Assembly (NCBI RefSeq): GCF_006345805.1
Contig: NW_021831877.1
Location: forward strand, 1 to 63,663
Direction of reading: 5' to 3'
Source of the DNA: Octopus sinensis
Lineage: Eukaryota
DNA length: 63,663 nt
The notes beneath the pieces were generated by a model. The model was not told the DNA's origin, did no database searches, and was given only the letters and a program-made list of their open reading frames with translations. Below are positions 39,253 to 52,342 of the stretch, one piece after another. The position numbers and the translations under genes are program-made. Positions within the stretch are counted from its first letter, which is position 1. Each line of letters opens with the position of its first letter.

Positions 39253-39987
39253 AATTTTGCAAACATCACCACGACTACATGACCACCAGTAACATTACCA
39301 TCAGCACCACCACCACCACAACCACTACCACCACAACCACTACCACCACAACCACTACCACCACAACCACTACCACCACCACTACCAACAACAACACAAA
39401 AGCGTAAGCTACAGCAACAACAACTACACCACAAATTCTCACTGTAACAACAACAAATGCACCCTCTATAACCACTACCACCACCACCACGACCACCACC
39501 GCAACAACAACAATACCAACGACAACAACGTCAAGAGAACAGAAAAAAAGCAAAAAGATAAAGAAAAATATATAAGAAAAAAAAAACAAAAACAACTGTT
39601 CCCGAACCTTTCCCTAGTATATCCACCATCCACCTCCATCTTTTTCTTCCACCCCCCCTCTTCACTCTCTCCTCTCACCCCCACCACACCCCACCCCAAC
39701 CATAAAAACAAACAAACAACTGTAACAGCTTTGGTGGAAAAAAAATACAAAAGCTAGGTAGGAGTCCACGCTTGTTAATTAACCGTTCCATTAAAACTGA
39801 CGTTTGATTTTAGATTGGGTACCAAGCAGAAGAATAGCCATAATTATTTCCAAGTGACACTTTCGCTTTCATAAATTACAAAATATAACCGTTCCACTCT
39901 TATTATCCTTAGAGAAAACTTACAGCAATTCTATACTACTTCTCTCTTCTTCATCCTTTTCATTTTATTTATTGGATCTATTTATCT

Positions 39988-40198
39988 ATTATTATTATTA
40001 TTATTATTATAATTATTATTATATTATTATAATTATTATTATTATTATTATTATTATGTTATTATTATTATTATTATTACGTATTATTATTTATTATTAT
40101 TTATTATTATTATTATTACTGTTATTATTATTATTATTGATTATTATTATTATTATTACTATTATTATTATTGTTATTATTTTATTATTATTATTATG

Positions 40199-40229
<31 letters not shown>

Positions 40230-40361
40230 CTTATTACTATTATATTATTATTATTATTACTATTATTATATTGTTATTATTATTATTATTATTGTTATTA
40301 TTATTATTGTTATATTATTATTATGTTATTATTATTATTATTATTATTGTATTATTATTAC

Positions 40362-40395
<34 letters not shown>

Positions 40396-41075
40396 GTTAT
40401 TATATTATTATATTATTATTATTATTACTGTTATTATTATATTATTGTTATATTATTATTATTATTACTATATATTATTGTTATATTATTATTATATTAT
40501 ATTATTGTTATTATTATTATTATATTATTATTATTATTACATTATTATTATTATTATTATTATTATATATTAGTATTGGATTATTATTATTATATTGTTA
40601 TTATTATTATTGTTATATTATTTATTGTTATTATATATATTATTATTATTCTTACTATTATTATTATTGTTATTATTATTATTATTATATTATTGTTATA
40701 TATTATTATTATTATTATTATTATATTAAATATCATTAAATTATTATTATTATTTTATTATTATTATTATTATTATATTATTATTATTATTATTACTATT
40801 ATATATTATTATTATTATTATTATTATTATTATCATTATATTATTTTATTATTATTATTCTTGTTATTATTATATGTTATTATTATTATAATTATTATTA
40901 TTATTATTATAATTATTATTATTATTATTTTATTATTATCATTAATATTATTATTTATTATTATTATTATTGTTATTATTATTATTGTTAATTATATTAT
41001 TATTATTATTATTATTATGTTATTATTATTATTACTATTATTATATGTATATTATTATTATTATTATTATAATTA

Positions 41076-41112
<37 letters not shown>

Positions 41113-41189
41113 TTACTATATTATTATTATTATTATTATGTTATTACCTATTATTATTATTATTATTATATTATATGACTATTATTATA

Positions 41190-41221
<32 letters not shown>

Positions 41222-41299
41222 GTTATTATTATTATTATTATTATTTTATTATTACTATTATTATTGTTATTATTATTATTATTATTGTTATTATTATTA

Positions 41300-41337
<38 letters not shown>

Positions 41338-41469
41338 TTATTATTTTACTATTATTATTATTATTATTATTCTTGTTATTATTATTATTATTATTATTAT
41401 ATTCTTACTATTATTATTATTGTTATTATTATTATTATTATTATTATTGTTATTATTATTATTATTATA

Positions 41470-41500
<31 letters not shown>

Positions 41501-41560
41501 TATTATATAAAATTATAATTATTATTATTATTATATTATTATTATTATTATTATTATTAC

Positions 41561-41596
<36 letters not shown>
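39988..41596. repeat. ~1.6 kb degenerate (TAT)n microsatellite
   Basis: Direct inspection. Confidence 0.97.
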
Positions 41597-41940
41597 GGAT
41601 CGTTCAAGGCACTAGGCCAAAGCCAAGCTGGAGTACCTCCCTCTCATTCAAATATATGTACACATTTATATATATATGTGTGTGTGTGTAGGCGTTTGTG
41701 TGTGTATAGACATACATACATTTAATATAAATGTATAATGTATATAATAAATATATATATATATTATATATATATATATATATATGTATAACATATATAT
41801 ACATATATATACACACATATATATATACAATATACATATATATATGTATGTATGTATATAAGTAGTATGAACATATATATATATAACATATATATGTGTG
41901 TGTGTGGTGTGTATATATGTATATATGTGTTATATAATGC

Positions 41941-41973
<33 letters not shown>

Positions 41974-42019
41974 GTATATAATACACACACACACGCACAC
42001 ACATATGTAAGTCCTACAA

Positions 42020-42385
42020 ATCACGGGTTACCTATTCGTTTGCCTGTGTAGCAACTTGGGCAAGTGTCGTCTACTCTAGGCTCGGGCTGACCAAGGCCTT
42101 GTGAATCGATTTGGTAGACGGAAACTGAAAGAAGCCCGTAGTACACACACATGTTTGAGTTTGTATGTATATCTATGTGTGTGTGTTTGTCTCCTCATCC
42201 TGTGTTAGTGTGTTTACGTCTCCATAACCTAGTGGTTCGGTAAAAGAGTCCGATAGAATAAGTACGAGACTTAGAAAATGAAGTCCTGGGTTCGATTTCT
42301 TCGACTAAAAACCCTTTAAGGCGGTGCTCCAGCATGGCTGCAGTCAAATGACTGAAACAAGTAAAAGAGTAGAATAAAAGAATAA
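42020..42385 (+). mobile_element. SINE family A
   Basis: ttgggcaagtgtc...ggtagacggaaactgaaagaagcccg...aaggcggtgctccagcatggc...aagtaaaagag. Confidence 0.82.
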
Positions 42386-43711
42386 GATACATGCATATAT
42401 ACGTATCTATAATTTCTAGACATACGCAATCATAAACGTAACCGTGCACACACACACACACACACACCAACACACACACATATACACACCACACACATCA
42501 TACACACACACACCCATACACAATCATGCACACACACAAACATCCACACATACCAGACATACGCACACATATGCACCACAACCATACACACACACATCCA
42601 TACACAATCATGCACACACCAACACACCATACACAACATACACACACACCCACCTATACCACAATCATGCACACCACAAAACATCCAACACATACACAGA
42701 CATACGCAACACATTACACACACACACACACACCCATACACACAATCATACACACACATCCTCTATCTCTCCATCTCCATTGTTCCAAACGCCTATTTTT
42801 CCCTTCCCATTGTTAAATTCTCCTCCTCCCCCTCATTTTCCTTATATTCTCTTCACAATATATAACCATCAATACTTTATGCTCTTCTAATTTTTATAGC
42901 AATCTTTCTTAAGTTATTTTTTCATATTCGCCCCTTATCTTCTTTTTCTTCTTCTTGTTTCTTTCTTTCTTTGCTTCTCCTCCTCCTTCATCTTGTTTCA
43001 TTTTGTTTCATTTTGTTTTTTTTTCTCGTCTCATTTCCTCCATTTTCTTCTCCTATTTCTTCTCTCCCCCTTTCTTCTTCTTCTTCTTCTTCTTCTTCTT
43101 CTGCTTCTACTCGCTCCTCCCCCTTCTTCCACTTTTGTCGTTGTGTGTCTTGCTCTTCCTCTACTCTTTTCTTCTTACTCCCCTTCTTCTCCGCCCACTC
43201 CTCCTCCTTCTCCTCCCCCTCTGCCTCCTCCTCCTCTTTACACCCAAGCCCTCTCCGTCGCCAACTAGATGCTGAACAAGCCAAAACCTCCCGTGGAGTT
43301 TTTGGTTAGGACACAATGTCAGTCTACTGTCGGAGCTATTCACGAAATTCTCAAAACTAACAATTGCCAATGGTTTTCCTCGATTGATCTTATCTTCAAC
43401 TTAAAGTAGTAAAGAAGCGAACTACAAATATCTTAGAAACGACGACTGGAGTACAAACAATTGTTCCGCTTCTAAGATACCTGGAAGTCAAAACAGGTTT
43501 CAACCTTTCCTCCATCACACTCAACCCCACCCACCACCCTCTCTCTCTCTCTCCGCGATCAATATCTAAAGATGGCACACGGCCAGTATTTCGATTAAAT
43601 CAGACAGGAGATATAACAACAGGCTAATCAACGCGCTGTAGCTAAAGGACATCTGAACTGACCCGTCGACAAGGAAGGCATTTTTAGAAAATTTAGTTCC
43701 CCCCAAAAAGT

Positions 43712-43753
<42 letters not shown>

Positions 43754-43816
43754 TAATAGAAAAAAATAAGAAGAAGAAGAAGAATGATAATGATAATAAT
43801 AATAACAAAACAACAA

Positions 43817-44265
43817 CCGGCGAAATGCGTAGCCGTATTTCGTCTGCCGTTACGTCTGAGTTCAAATTCCGCGAGGTCGACTTTGCCTTTCATCCTTTCG
43901 GGTCGTAAATTAAGTTACCAGTTACGCACTGGGGTCGATGTAATCGACTTAATCCGTTTGTCTGACCTTGTTTGTCCCTTCTATGTTTAGCCCCTTGTGG
44001 GTAGTAAAGAAATATATAACAATAATAATAATAATAATAATGATAATCCTTTCAACAATAGGGACAAGGCCTGAAATTTGGGGTGGGGAGAGGACTAGTT
44101 GATTACGTAGACCCTAGAATTTCACTGGTATTTAATTTAACGACCACGAAAGGATAAAAAGCAAAGTCGATCTCTGCGGAATTTGAACTCAGAACGTAGC
44201 GATGGGTGAAATACTGCTAAACATTCATGCAGCGTGCCAACGAATCTTCCAGCACACCACCTTAA
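43817..44265. mobile_element. Two SINE B copies (+ 43817-44013; diverged - 44045-44265) within (AAT)n
   Basis: Diagnostic gtcgactttgcctttcatcctttcgg core. Confidence 0.8.
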
Positions 44266-44293
44266 TGATGATGATGATGATAATAATAACAAC

Positions 44294-44329
<36 letters not shown>

Positions 44330-44754
44330 TGTTAGTTGTTTGACCATAACCAGTTGAGCATGTCCCTTAGTGGCTGACGATATGTGCATTTCTGATCACG
44401 AGCAGAAGTAGTGGGGGAGCATCATAGCCATGTGTTGAGAGGGATTCTTTGGGGTTTGAATAATTCACCTCTGGAAACATGGTTGTTTCGTTCAACATCC
44501 TTAAACAGCCCTTATTTAGGGACCTTTTGAACAAGATGGGTTACTCGACCAGAAGAAAATTCTAACTGGGCCCCACCTGCAAGGTCATGCACTGTTTATC
44601 TTGATATGAGATCACCATGTCGCGCACATATGGTTGTGATGCATGTGCCTGGTGTACCTTTATCAGACGGGGAGTCATGATGGGTATACTGGGCTTCGTA
44701 TATTTTACCCCAGTGTCACTTTGATGGCATGCACTGCTCTCTCATTCCATATAC

Positions 44755-44755
<1 letters not shown>
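44330..44755 (+). mobile_element. Probable LINE 3' UTR fragment embedded in (TAA)n
   Basis: GC-richer ~420-bp block flanked on both sides by (AAT)n; no coding motif recognised. Confidence 0.35.
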
Positions 44756-44786
<31 letters not shown>

Positions 44787-45514
44787 TGAGAAGAGCATTG
44801 TCGATGTGAGAATTATTCACTACCCATGTATTTTAATTAACTTAAAAAAAAAATTAATGAACATTATTGAGTTTGGTTTGATGGCCTACCGGGTGTGTAC
44901 TATGAGTCTTTTGCCTAGTTGTCGGAAGACACTCGGCAAGAAATGGAAGCAAATTTGAAGAGGAAAAAATAAAAGTAATAATAATAATAATAATAATAAT
45001 ATAATAATTAGAGAGAGAGAAATGAAGAAAACGGATACAAAGACCAGAGAATGTTGACAGTACCGGACCTTCCACCTTAAGTGATACCGAAAGGCTATAC
45101 TTGTCCTGAAGGAAAAGGTGGGAGAGGCTTGATAGTTGCCAGAACTGTATCGAGCAGAGAAAAACAGCCTTGGGTAGTATATAAAAAAAATTGCTGTAGA
45201 TTCATTGTTGAAACATACGAAGGCCGGCGTCATCAAAACTGAAAATTGTGTAACTAAAGAAAAATTTAAACAAGAAATGAACTGCTGTGTGGTAAGTAGC
45301 TTGTTTACGAACCACATGGTTCCGGGTTCAGTCCCCCATTCTTATTTATACACACAAACATATATACATACATATATGTACAACACTTATATATACAAAT
45401 ATACATGTATAAAGACATGCATCACACACACACACGCGCATACACCTACCACACATAATCATTTACTATGCACTTCTCAAAAAAGAGCTACTAATAGTTT
45501 CATGTTGTAATATG

Positions 45515-45810
45515 GGTATATATCATCGTGATCACCGTGACCGACCAGGCTATCAGATATTGTTACACATCGCTGGTCACAATGCGCTTCAAATGACGCC
45601 ACCCCGCTGGCTAAGCGAGCAGGCCAACAGAATAAAGAGTGAGAGAAAGTTTTGGCGAAAGAGTACAACAGGGATCACCACCCACGCCCTGCCGGAGCTT
45701 CGTGGAGCTTTAGGTGTTCTCGCTCAATAAACACTCACAAAGCCCGGTCTGGGAATCGAAACCGCGAGTCCCTGCCGCTGCCCTAACCACTGGGCCATGC
45801 GCCTCCACAT
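45515..45810 (-). mobile_element. tRNA-derived SINE family C
   Basis: Reverse complement of the 13607-13757 head plus 3' body. Confidence 0.78.
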
Positions 45811-46379
45811 ATGGGTATATATAAATATTATAATGTATTATATATATGTCTGTGTGTGTGTGTGTGTATGTATATGTGCATATATGTATGCATGTATGTA
45901 TTATATATATACTTATATATCACATATATTATATATTATATATATTTATACATATGTACATATACATATAACAAGTAAGATGAAGATTTGGATAGAATCA
46001 GGTAATTGAAAAGGTATGCACCAGGTAGGGTTGGGTAATCTCTGTGGTTGAGGCCTATGGTTGGTGCGAGTCAAAATATTAGATATTTCGGTTCTGCGTA
46101 CTGAGAAAACCAGCCCTATGAGTACTTTGTGCCTAGGAGGCTGGTCCAAATCACGCGTTACTTTGACTTGTAGGTACGTTGTTGGATACTCTAAGGTGAC
46201 TCACCAACTATCGGCCCGCGAAGATAGTTTCATCCGACAGCTCTGCCTCCCCATAAGCAAAGGAAGCATGGATACTTTGCGTATCCCCTTGCAAGCCAAG
46301 CAAGAAGGCAAGCAACTTGATATACCACAAACATCCCACTTGAACTCAGCTAATTTATTTTGTCGAGAATTCCTTTGAC

Positions 46380-47219
46380 ATTATCGTAATTTTCTTTCTT
46401 CTGTATGGAGTATGCAAGAAGCAAAGAAGGATATTTATTTCCATTGTGGAGCAACATTGCTTTGAGACTTCATATTGAGCTATCTATGAAGAGCACCATT
46501 CTGCAGAAGCATGCTTGAGCCCAATAGCAGTAAACAAACCAATCACATCTTTACAATAACACAGATCATTACTATTTTCATAGTAAATTTCAAATTCTTC
46601 ATGGTGTTTCCGGTACACAGATGTCTTTCAGTCTTCCTCTAGTAGATTCCATTCCTTCAACTTTGATGAAAGAAGTTCAGCTTCTGACTTAGTAAGATCC
46701 AGATCCCTGATTTGTAAAGTGAAGCTCTGAAGCCGGTCTTGTACGAAAACGTCCCCATTTCTTTCTGGCTGCTGTACATGTTGATTCTTCAGATGAAATA
46801 TTTTCTAATGGTATTGGTACTCGTAAACTGTTTATCCATGTGTGACAGGTGGCTCGAGATGATGGTATGTCTGGATACTGAAGATCTTGTCTTTCTTTCA
46901 CTTTCTGTACTTTGTCACATACAAAAGTAACAATCATCGTGATGGTTCTTTGGCTCTCTCCATACCCTTGGAATGGCAAAAGGCATTGACGTTCCTGTAC
47001 CTCTTAACCATCTTTCTAGAGTAGATCGATAGCTTCCACATATCACATGTGGGGCCCATGGTTTGTCCTGGTCACCCATGGGCATTCCGGAATAGAGTCT
47101 GTATGTTATCCACAATTTAGCACCTTTCACGATCTTATGTAATACCTGCTTTTTCCAATATAATAACCACACACATAGCCAAATGTATCTGGAGAATTTT
47201 TACACACTCTAGTAGCCAT
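46380..47219 (-). pseudogene. Degraded DNA transposase, Chapaev3-like (CMC)
   Basis: MATRVCKNSPDTFGYVCG, GDQDKPWAPHVIC, VWREPKNHHDDCYFC, RDLDLTKSEAELL, LFIDSS..SLKAMLLHNG in order, with frameshifts. Family assignment is from recalled motifs. Confidence 0.75.
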
Positions 47220-47429
47220 CCTAAAAGTAACAAAACTTAGTAATTAGTCTGAAAGAGAAAATTAGACATACATTTAGTAGCGGAACATTATAACAATACC
47301 GAATATAGAATAAGATTGAAAGTCGACATATTTTTTTAACAGTTGATGATACACAAAAAGTTATTTCATTTTTGGAAATTATGTGTGTGTACATATGTGC
47401 GTATGTATGTGTTCATTTATATATGTAAA

Positions 47430-47690
47430 ATCCAAGATTTCTCGAAAACAAAGAGGTTAACTATAGACAACTGCATCGAAATTTCCAGCTTCTATATCCA
47501 GATTATAAATGTACATTTTTATCAGTCATGATTGGTGCATTTGGTTTTGTGTGTAATTGCCTGAGTGACAAACTGGATAAGCTAGTTTTTTTAGAAAAAG
47601 AAATCAACCAACTCGCACATTGCAAGTACAATCTGTAAGCGGAACAGAAAAATATGCAAGACTTTTGTCAAGTTTAGAATGGGACATCGC
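47430..47690 (+). mobile_element. Diverged 3' end of an RLE-type retrotransposon related to 437-2286
   Basis: Reads RNFQLLYPDYKCTFLSVMIGAFGFV..KLDKLVF, matching RNLQLRQPEY.FRFIPVIIGTLGYV..NLEKLGF of the first element. Confidence 0.7.
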
Positions 47691-48289
47691 TCTTGTTATC
47701 CGTATTCCAATGATGGAGCTTTCTATCTTTGTTAAAAACCAGTTTTTTGCTCAGAAGAAGAATTTGTATAATTAAAAACAGATTAGAAAATACATACACA
47801 CACGCACATAATACATACATGTATGAGTCGCCATGATAGATCGTTAGCCACTACACACATTTTTTTCTCTCCTTGTTTTTTCTCTCTCCTTTTTTCTCTC
47901 CTTTTTTTCTCTCCTTGTTTTTTTCTGTGTCCCTTTCTGTAGAAGAGCGTAGGCTCGAAACGTAAAAGACTTTTTCTATTCCTGAGCGTTATACTAATAC
48001 ATCTGTTTGTTTTGTACACCACCTGTCTTCGTCTTTTGTTTTTTCCGTAAACTCTCTCTACATACATACATACAAACATATGCGCGTGTGAGTGTAGTGG
48101 TAAGCAACTAAGCTAACACTGGGATACGGCGGTTTAATTTGCATATTTGTGATTTGGACGATTCCACCGTAAGTAATATATATTTTCTGCAGTGCACAGC
48201 TTGAATCAATAGTTGTAACATAAATTTCAGTATTAGAAACCCATTAGCTGCAACACAGACACACACACAACAAACATACATATATATAT

Positions 48290-48398
<109 letters not shown>

Positions 48399-49239
48399 TG
48401 TATGTATGTATGTATGTATGTATGTATATAAACGCACATAATTTGTTTATGAATTTTATGCGTAAATTCGAAAACACCCGAAGTATGAAGAATCCACAAT
48501 CCATACGCGAGTAAAATAAATTAAAAAATTAGTAAATAAATAAATAAATGAGGAAGACGTTGACGGCGCAACGAGAGAATTTGTATTATTGTTGTGGTCA
48601 AAGAATTACTGAGGAGAAACGAACAAATTTCACATGTGAGATAATTTTGCCAGCATATTAAATTCCTTCTCTATTGAATGAAAATTGTAATGAAGTCTCA
48701 TAAACAAACAAATAAAACAGAAATCTTTGGACGTAATAGATATGATGAGAAAAAAAATATACAATTGTAGTATTTTTCAAAATGGAGGCTGGTTGCATTC
48801 CTTTGTTCACGCCTCTTTTCATTTCTCTTTTTCTTTTGTAAGCGTAATAACGTGTTAATGGTGTGTGATTGTGTGTGAGTTTGTGTGTGTGTGTGTGTGA
48901 CTGTATGTTACTGTTTGTCTGTCAAGTGTGTATGTATCTGTACACACACACACATACGCGCACACACACACGCACGCACACACATACACACACACACACA
49001 GATAGACGCATACTTAACAGACAATCATAAACAAACTGTCACGAACATATATATATATATATATATGTTTATATACGTATATATATATATATAATATATA
49101 TATATATGTATATTTACACATATAATCACCAACACACACACATGTGCGCGCGCACTCATACACAAATATGTATGTATACTCACGCGTATATATATTACAG
49201 ACAATTTATGAATGTGCGTGTGTGTGTGTGTGCGTGTGA

Positions 49240-49301
<62 letters not shown>

Positions 49302-50282
49302 TATATATTCTTCTACATACATGTGTATAATACGAATATGTGCGTCCGTGTGTGAGTGTGGTATGTGTATGACTACGTAGTGTTGGGTGAGTGTATGATT
49401 GAGAGAGAAAGGGAAGGCGAGAAGGAGGAGAGGAAATTTCGTTAAGTTTTGTTTCCGCTAAAGAATTTCATAAAATAACAAAATTCTATTCAGTTTTGGT
49501 ATTGAAGTGTGACATAAACATATCGCGAAAATTGTTGCGGTTTATAAGCAATAAAATTAACAGCAATGACAACAACAACAACAACAACAACAACAACAGC
49601 CATAACTGTCATAGCAGACGCATCAATATCGCCACTATCACCATTAGCAACAACAACAACAGCAAGAAACAAAAACAAACAATGTCAAAAAATTAAGCAA
49701 TAAGAACCAACAGAAAATGGTATTGCTGTTGCTGACAATGGTGATGTTACTGGTAGTGATTCTTACGCTGATATAAAGCACCGTTTGTAAAGGTTTTGGT
49801 ATTGTTCTGAAGAGTGATGATAATTCTTTTGTTTCAGACATTTGACTGCGACCATGGAAATATTTTTTGAAATTGATACGAAGTTTTAGGAAACTGAATT
49901 GACCCCAGTGTATGACTGGATAGTATATGACCCTTTGTCGAGCTTCGGTGATGAATCATTTGGTATTGTAATCTGTTTCTTGTACCTCTCTAATGAGTTT
50001 CTTCTCTTTTCGAGTATCTCTGTGATTCATTCTTCTTCAATCATTCTTTTCCATCGACCAACTTGGAATTCTAGACCCACAAACCCAAAAATAAAGAAAA
50101 GAAAAACTTGTGCACCCTCATTAACAGACAAAATGACTATGTAATGCACACTCACGCACATACACACACACACACGCGCGCGCAAACATACATTAAAAAT
50201 ATGGAAGCAAATGTATATACACTCTCACACAAACGCATGTTCTTGTCCCACTTTGTAATTTATATTTTATATTTTATATTTG

Positions 50283-50289
<7 letters not shown>

Positions 50290-50321
<32 letters not shown>

Positions 50322-50762
50322 CAAACAAATAGACAGACAGACAAATACATACATACATACATACATATATACATACATATATATATACATACATATATAC
50401 ATACATACATACATACACACACACATACATACATATATACATACATATATACATACATACATATATACATACATACATACACACATACATACATACACAC
50501 ATGTATACATACATACATGCACACATACATATATACATACATACATATATACATACATACGTACATACATATATACATACATACATACATACATACATAC
50601 ACACACATACATGCATACATACATATACATACATACATACATACATACATACATACACATACATACATACATACATACATACATACATACATACAGATAC
50701 ATACATACATACATACATACATACATACATACATACATACATACATACGTACATACATACAC
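50290..50762. repeat. (TA)n/(CATA)n microsatellite
   Basis: Direct inspection. Confidence 0.95.
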
Positions 50763-51614
50763 GTTCATAAGAAGTTTTGATTAAAACTATCGATGAATCC
50801 AATCGATTGCTGAAGTCTTAAGCCTCATCGAAGGGATGTACAACCTGCATTGAGAACCTCTGATTTAATCACTCAAGTTGTTGCAACCATTAGATTGGTA
50901 TCAAATTTCAGGCAGCACTCATGCGGAACCAAATTAGATATTTCCTCCAATGAGTATGCGTGGACATTATTGCTCTTACATGGATACATTTGAATAAAAA
51001 ATTAAAGTGAAATACCACCAAAGATAAATTAAGCTACCAGTCAATACTTGAGGCGATGCTATCCGCTAAGCCCTTGCCCTGACAATCTTGGCATGGCGTA
51101 ACGAATTCGCATCGTCGTCAGAGAGCTGGATAAATATTTTTTGCTGATATTGTTTTCGTCACTTGATGTTTTCTGTTCACATCGATTCAATATCAACATT
51201 GTTTTTCATTTTTCTAAGGTCGACAAAATGAAATACCAACTCGGGACAATAAACTGGTAGAAATGATTGCTCTGTGGCATTCCTTCTCACTCTCCCGCTT
51301 CATAAACTCTCCTGAGACAAATGCTGATGACAAGATATAATTCTTGCTGTGCATCATACGTAAATCACATTCTTTTATTCTTTTATCTCTCTACTTGCTT
51401 CAGCCAAGATAACTGTGGCCATGCTAGAGCACCGCCTTGAAGAGTTTTAGTCAGACAAATAAACCCAAGGACTTAATTTTTTAAGCCAAGTATTTATTTT
51501 ATCCATCTCTTTTGCTGAACCGTTAAGTATATTTATTTCGTTGCTTGTTTTAAATTATGCATTGGAATTTGTATTGATTGCATGAGAGTGTTCTGTCTAT
51601 AATTTCCCTTACCT

Positions 51615-51681
<67 letters not shown>

Positions 51682-52247
51682 TTTATATATTATATTTATA
51701 TACTTATATGTATATGATAGATAGATATGTGTGTCTGTGTGTGCGCACATGTATGTTTATATGTGTATATATATGGATATGGGATGCGTCTTCAGTCGAC
51801 ACAGAGACACCATCTGTTAGTGACTGGATAAGCTATACGCATGTGCTTTAAACGAAATGAAATTTGCTTCGGGACATAAGAACAGAGAAAGTTTGTTAAC
51901 CGAATTTTTTTTCAAGACAGTGTCGTTGCGCTATAATGGAATTCGATATGTATTCTTATCAAGATAGTTCAGATAAATACTTTAACAGAGTTTTGGGTCA
52001 AAAACAGTTGAGGAAAAGCTTTTGCTTCAACTAATACAACGTGGGTAATTACATACATGCATATATGCGTGTGTGCACGCGCGCGCGCACACACACACAC
52101 GCTCACACATACATATATACATGTATGTGTGTGTGTATATATATACAGTATATATATATATACAGTGTATATATTATATATACAGTATATATATATATAT
52201 ATATACATTGTATATAATATTATATATATATATATTATATATCTATA

Positions 52248-52286
<39 letters not shown>

Positions 52287-52342
52287 GGTTATCAGTAATA
52301 ATAAGAAAGAAAGAATAAAATACGGCAATGAATGAAATGACG

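Noticed and set aside
46735-46800. ARKKWGRFR resembling an RTE RT motif
   Set aside because: It lies collinearly within the Chapaev3-like transposase relic; the resemblance is likely coincidental.
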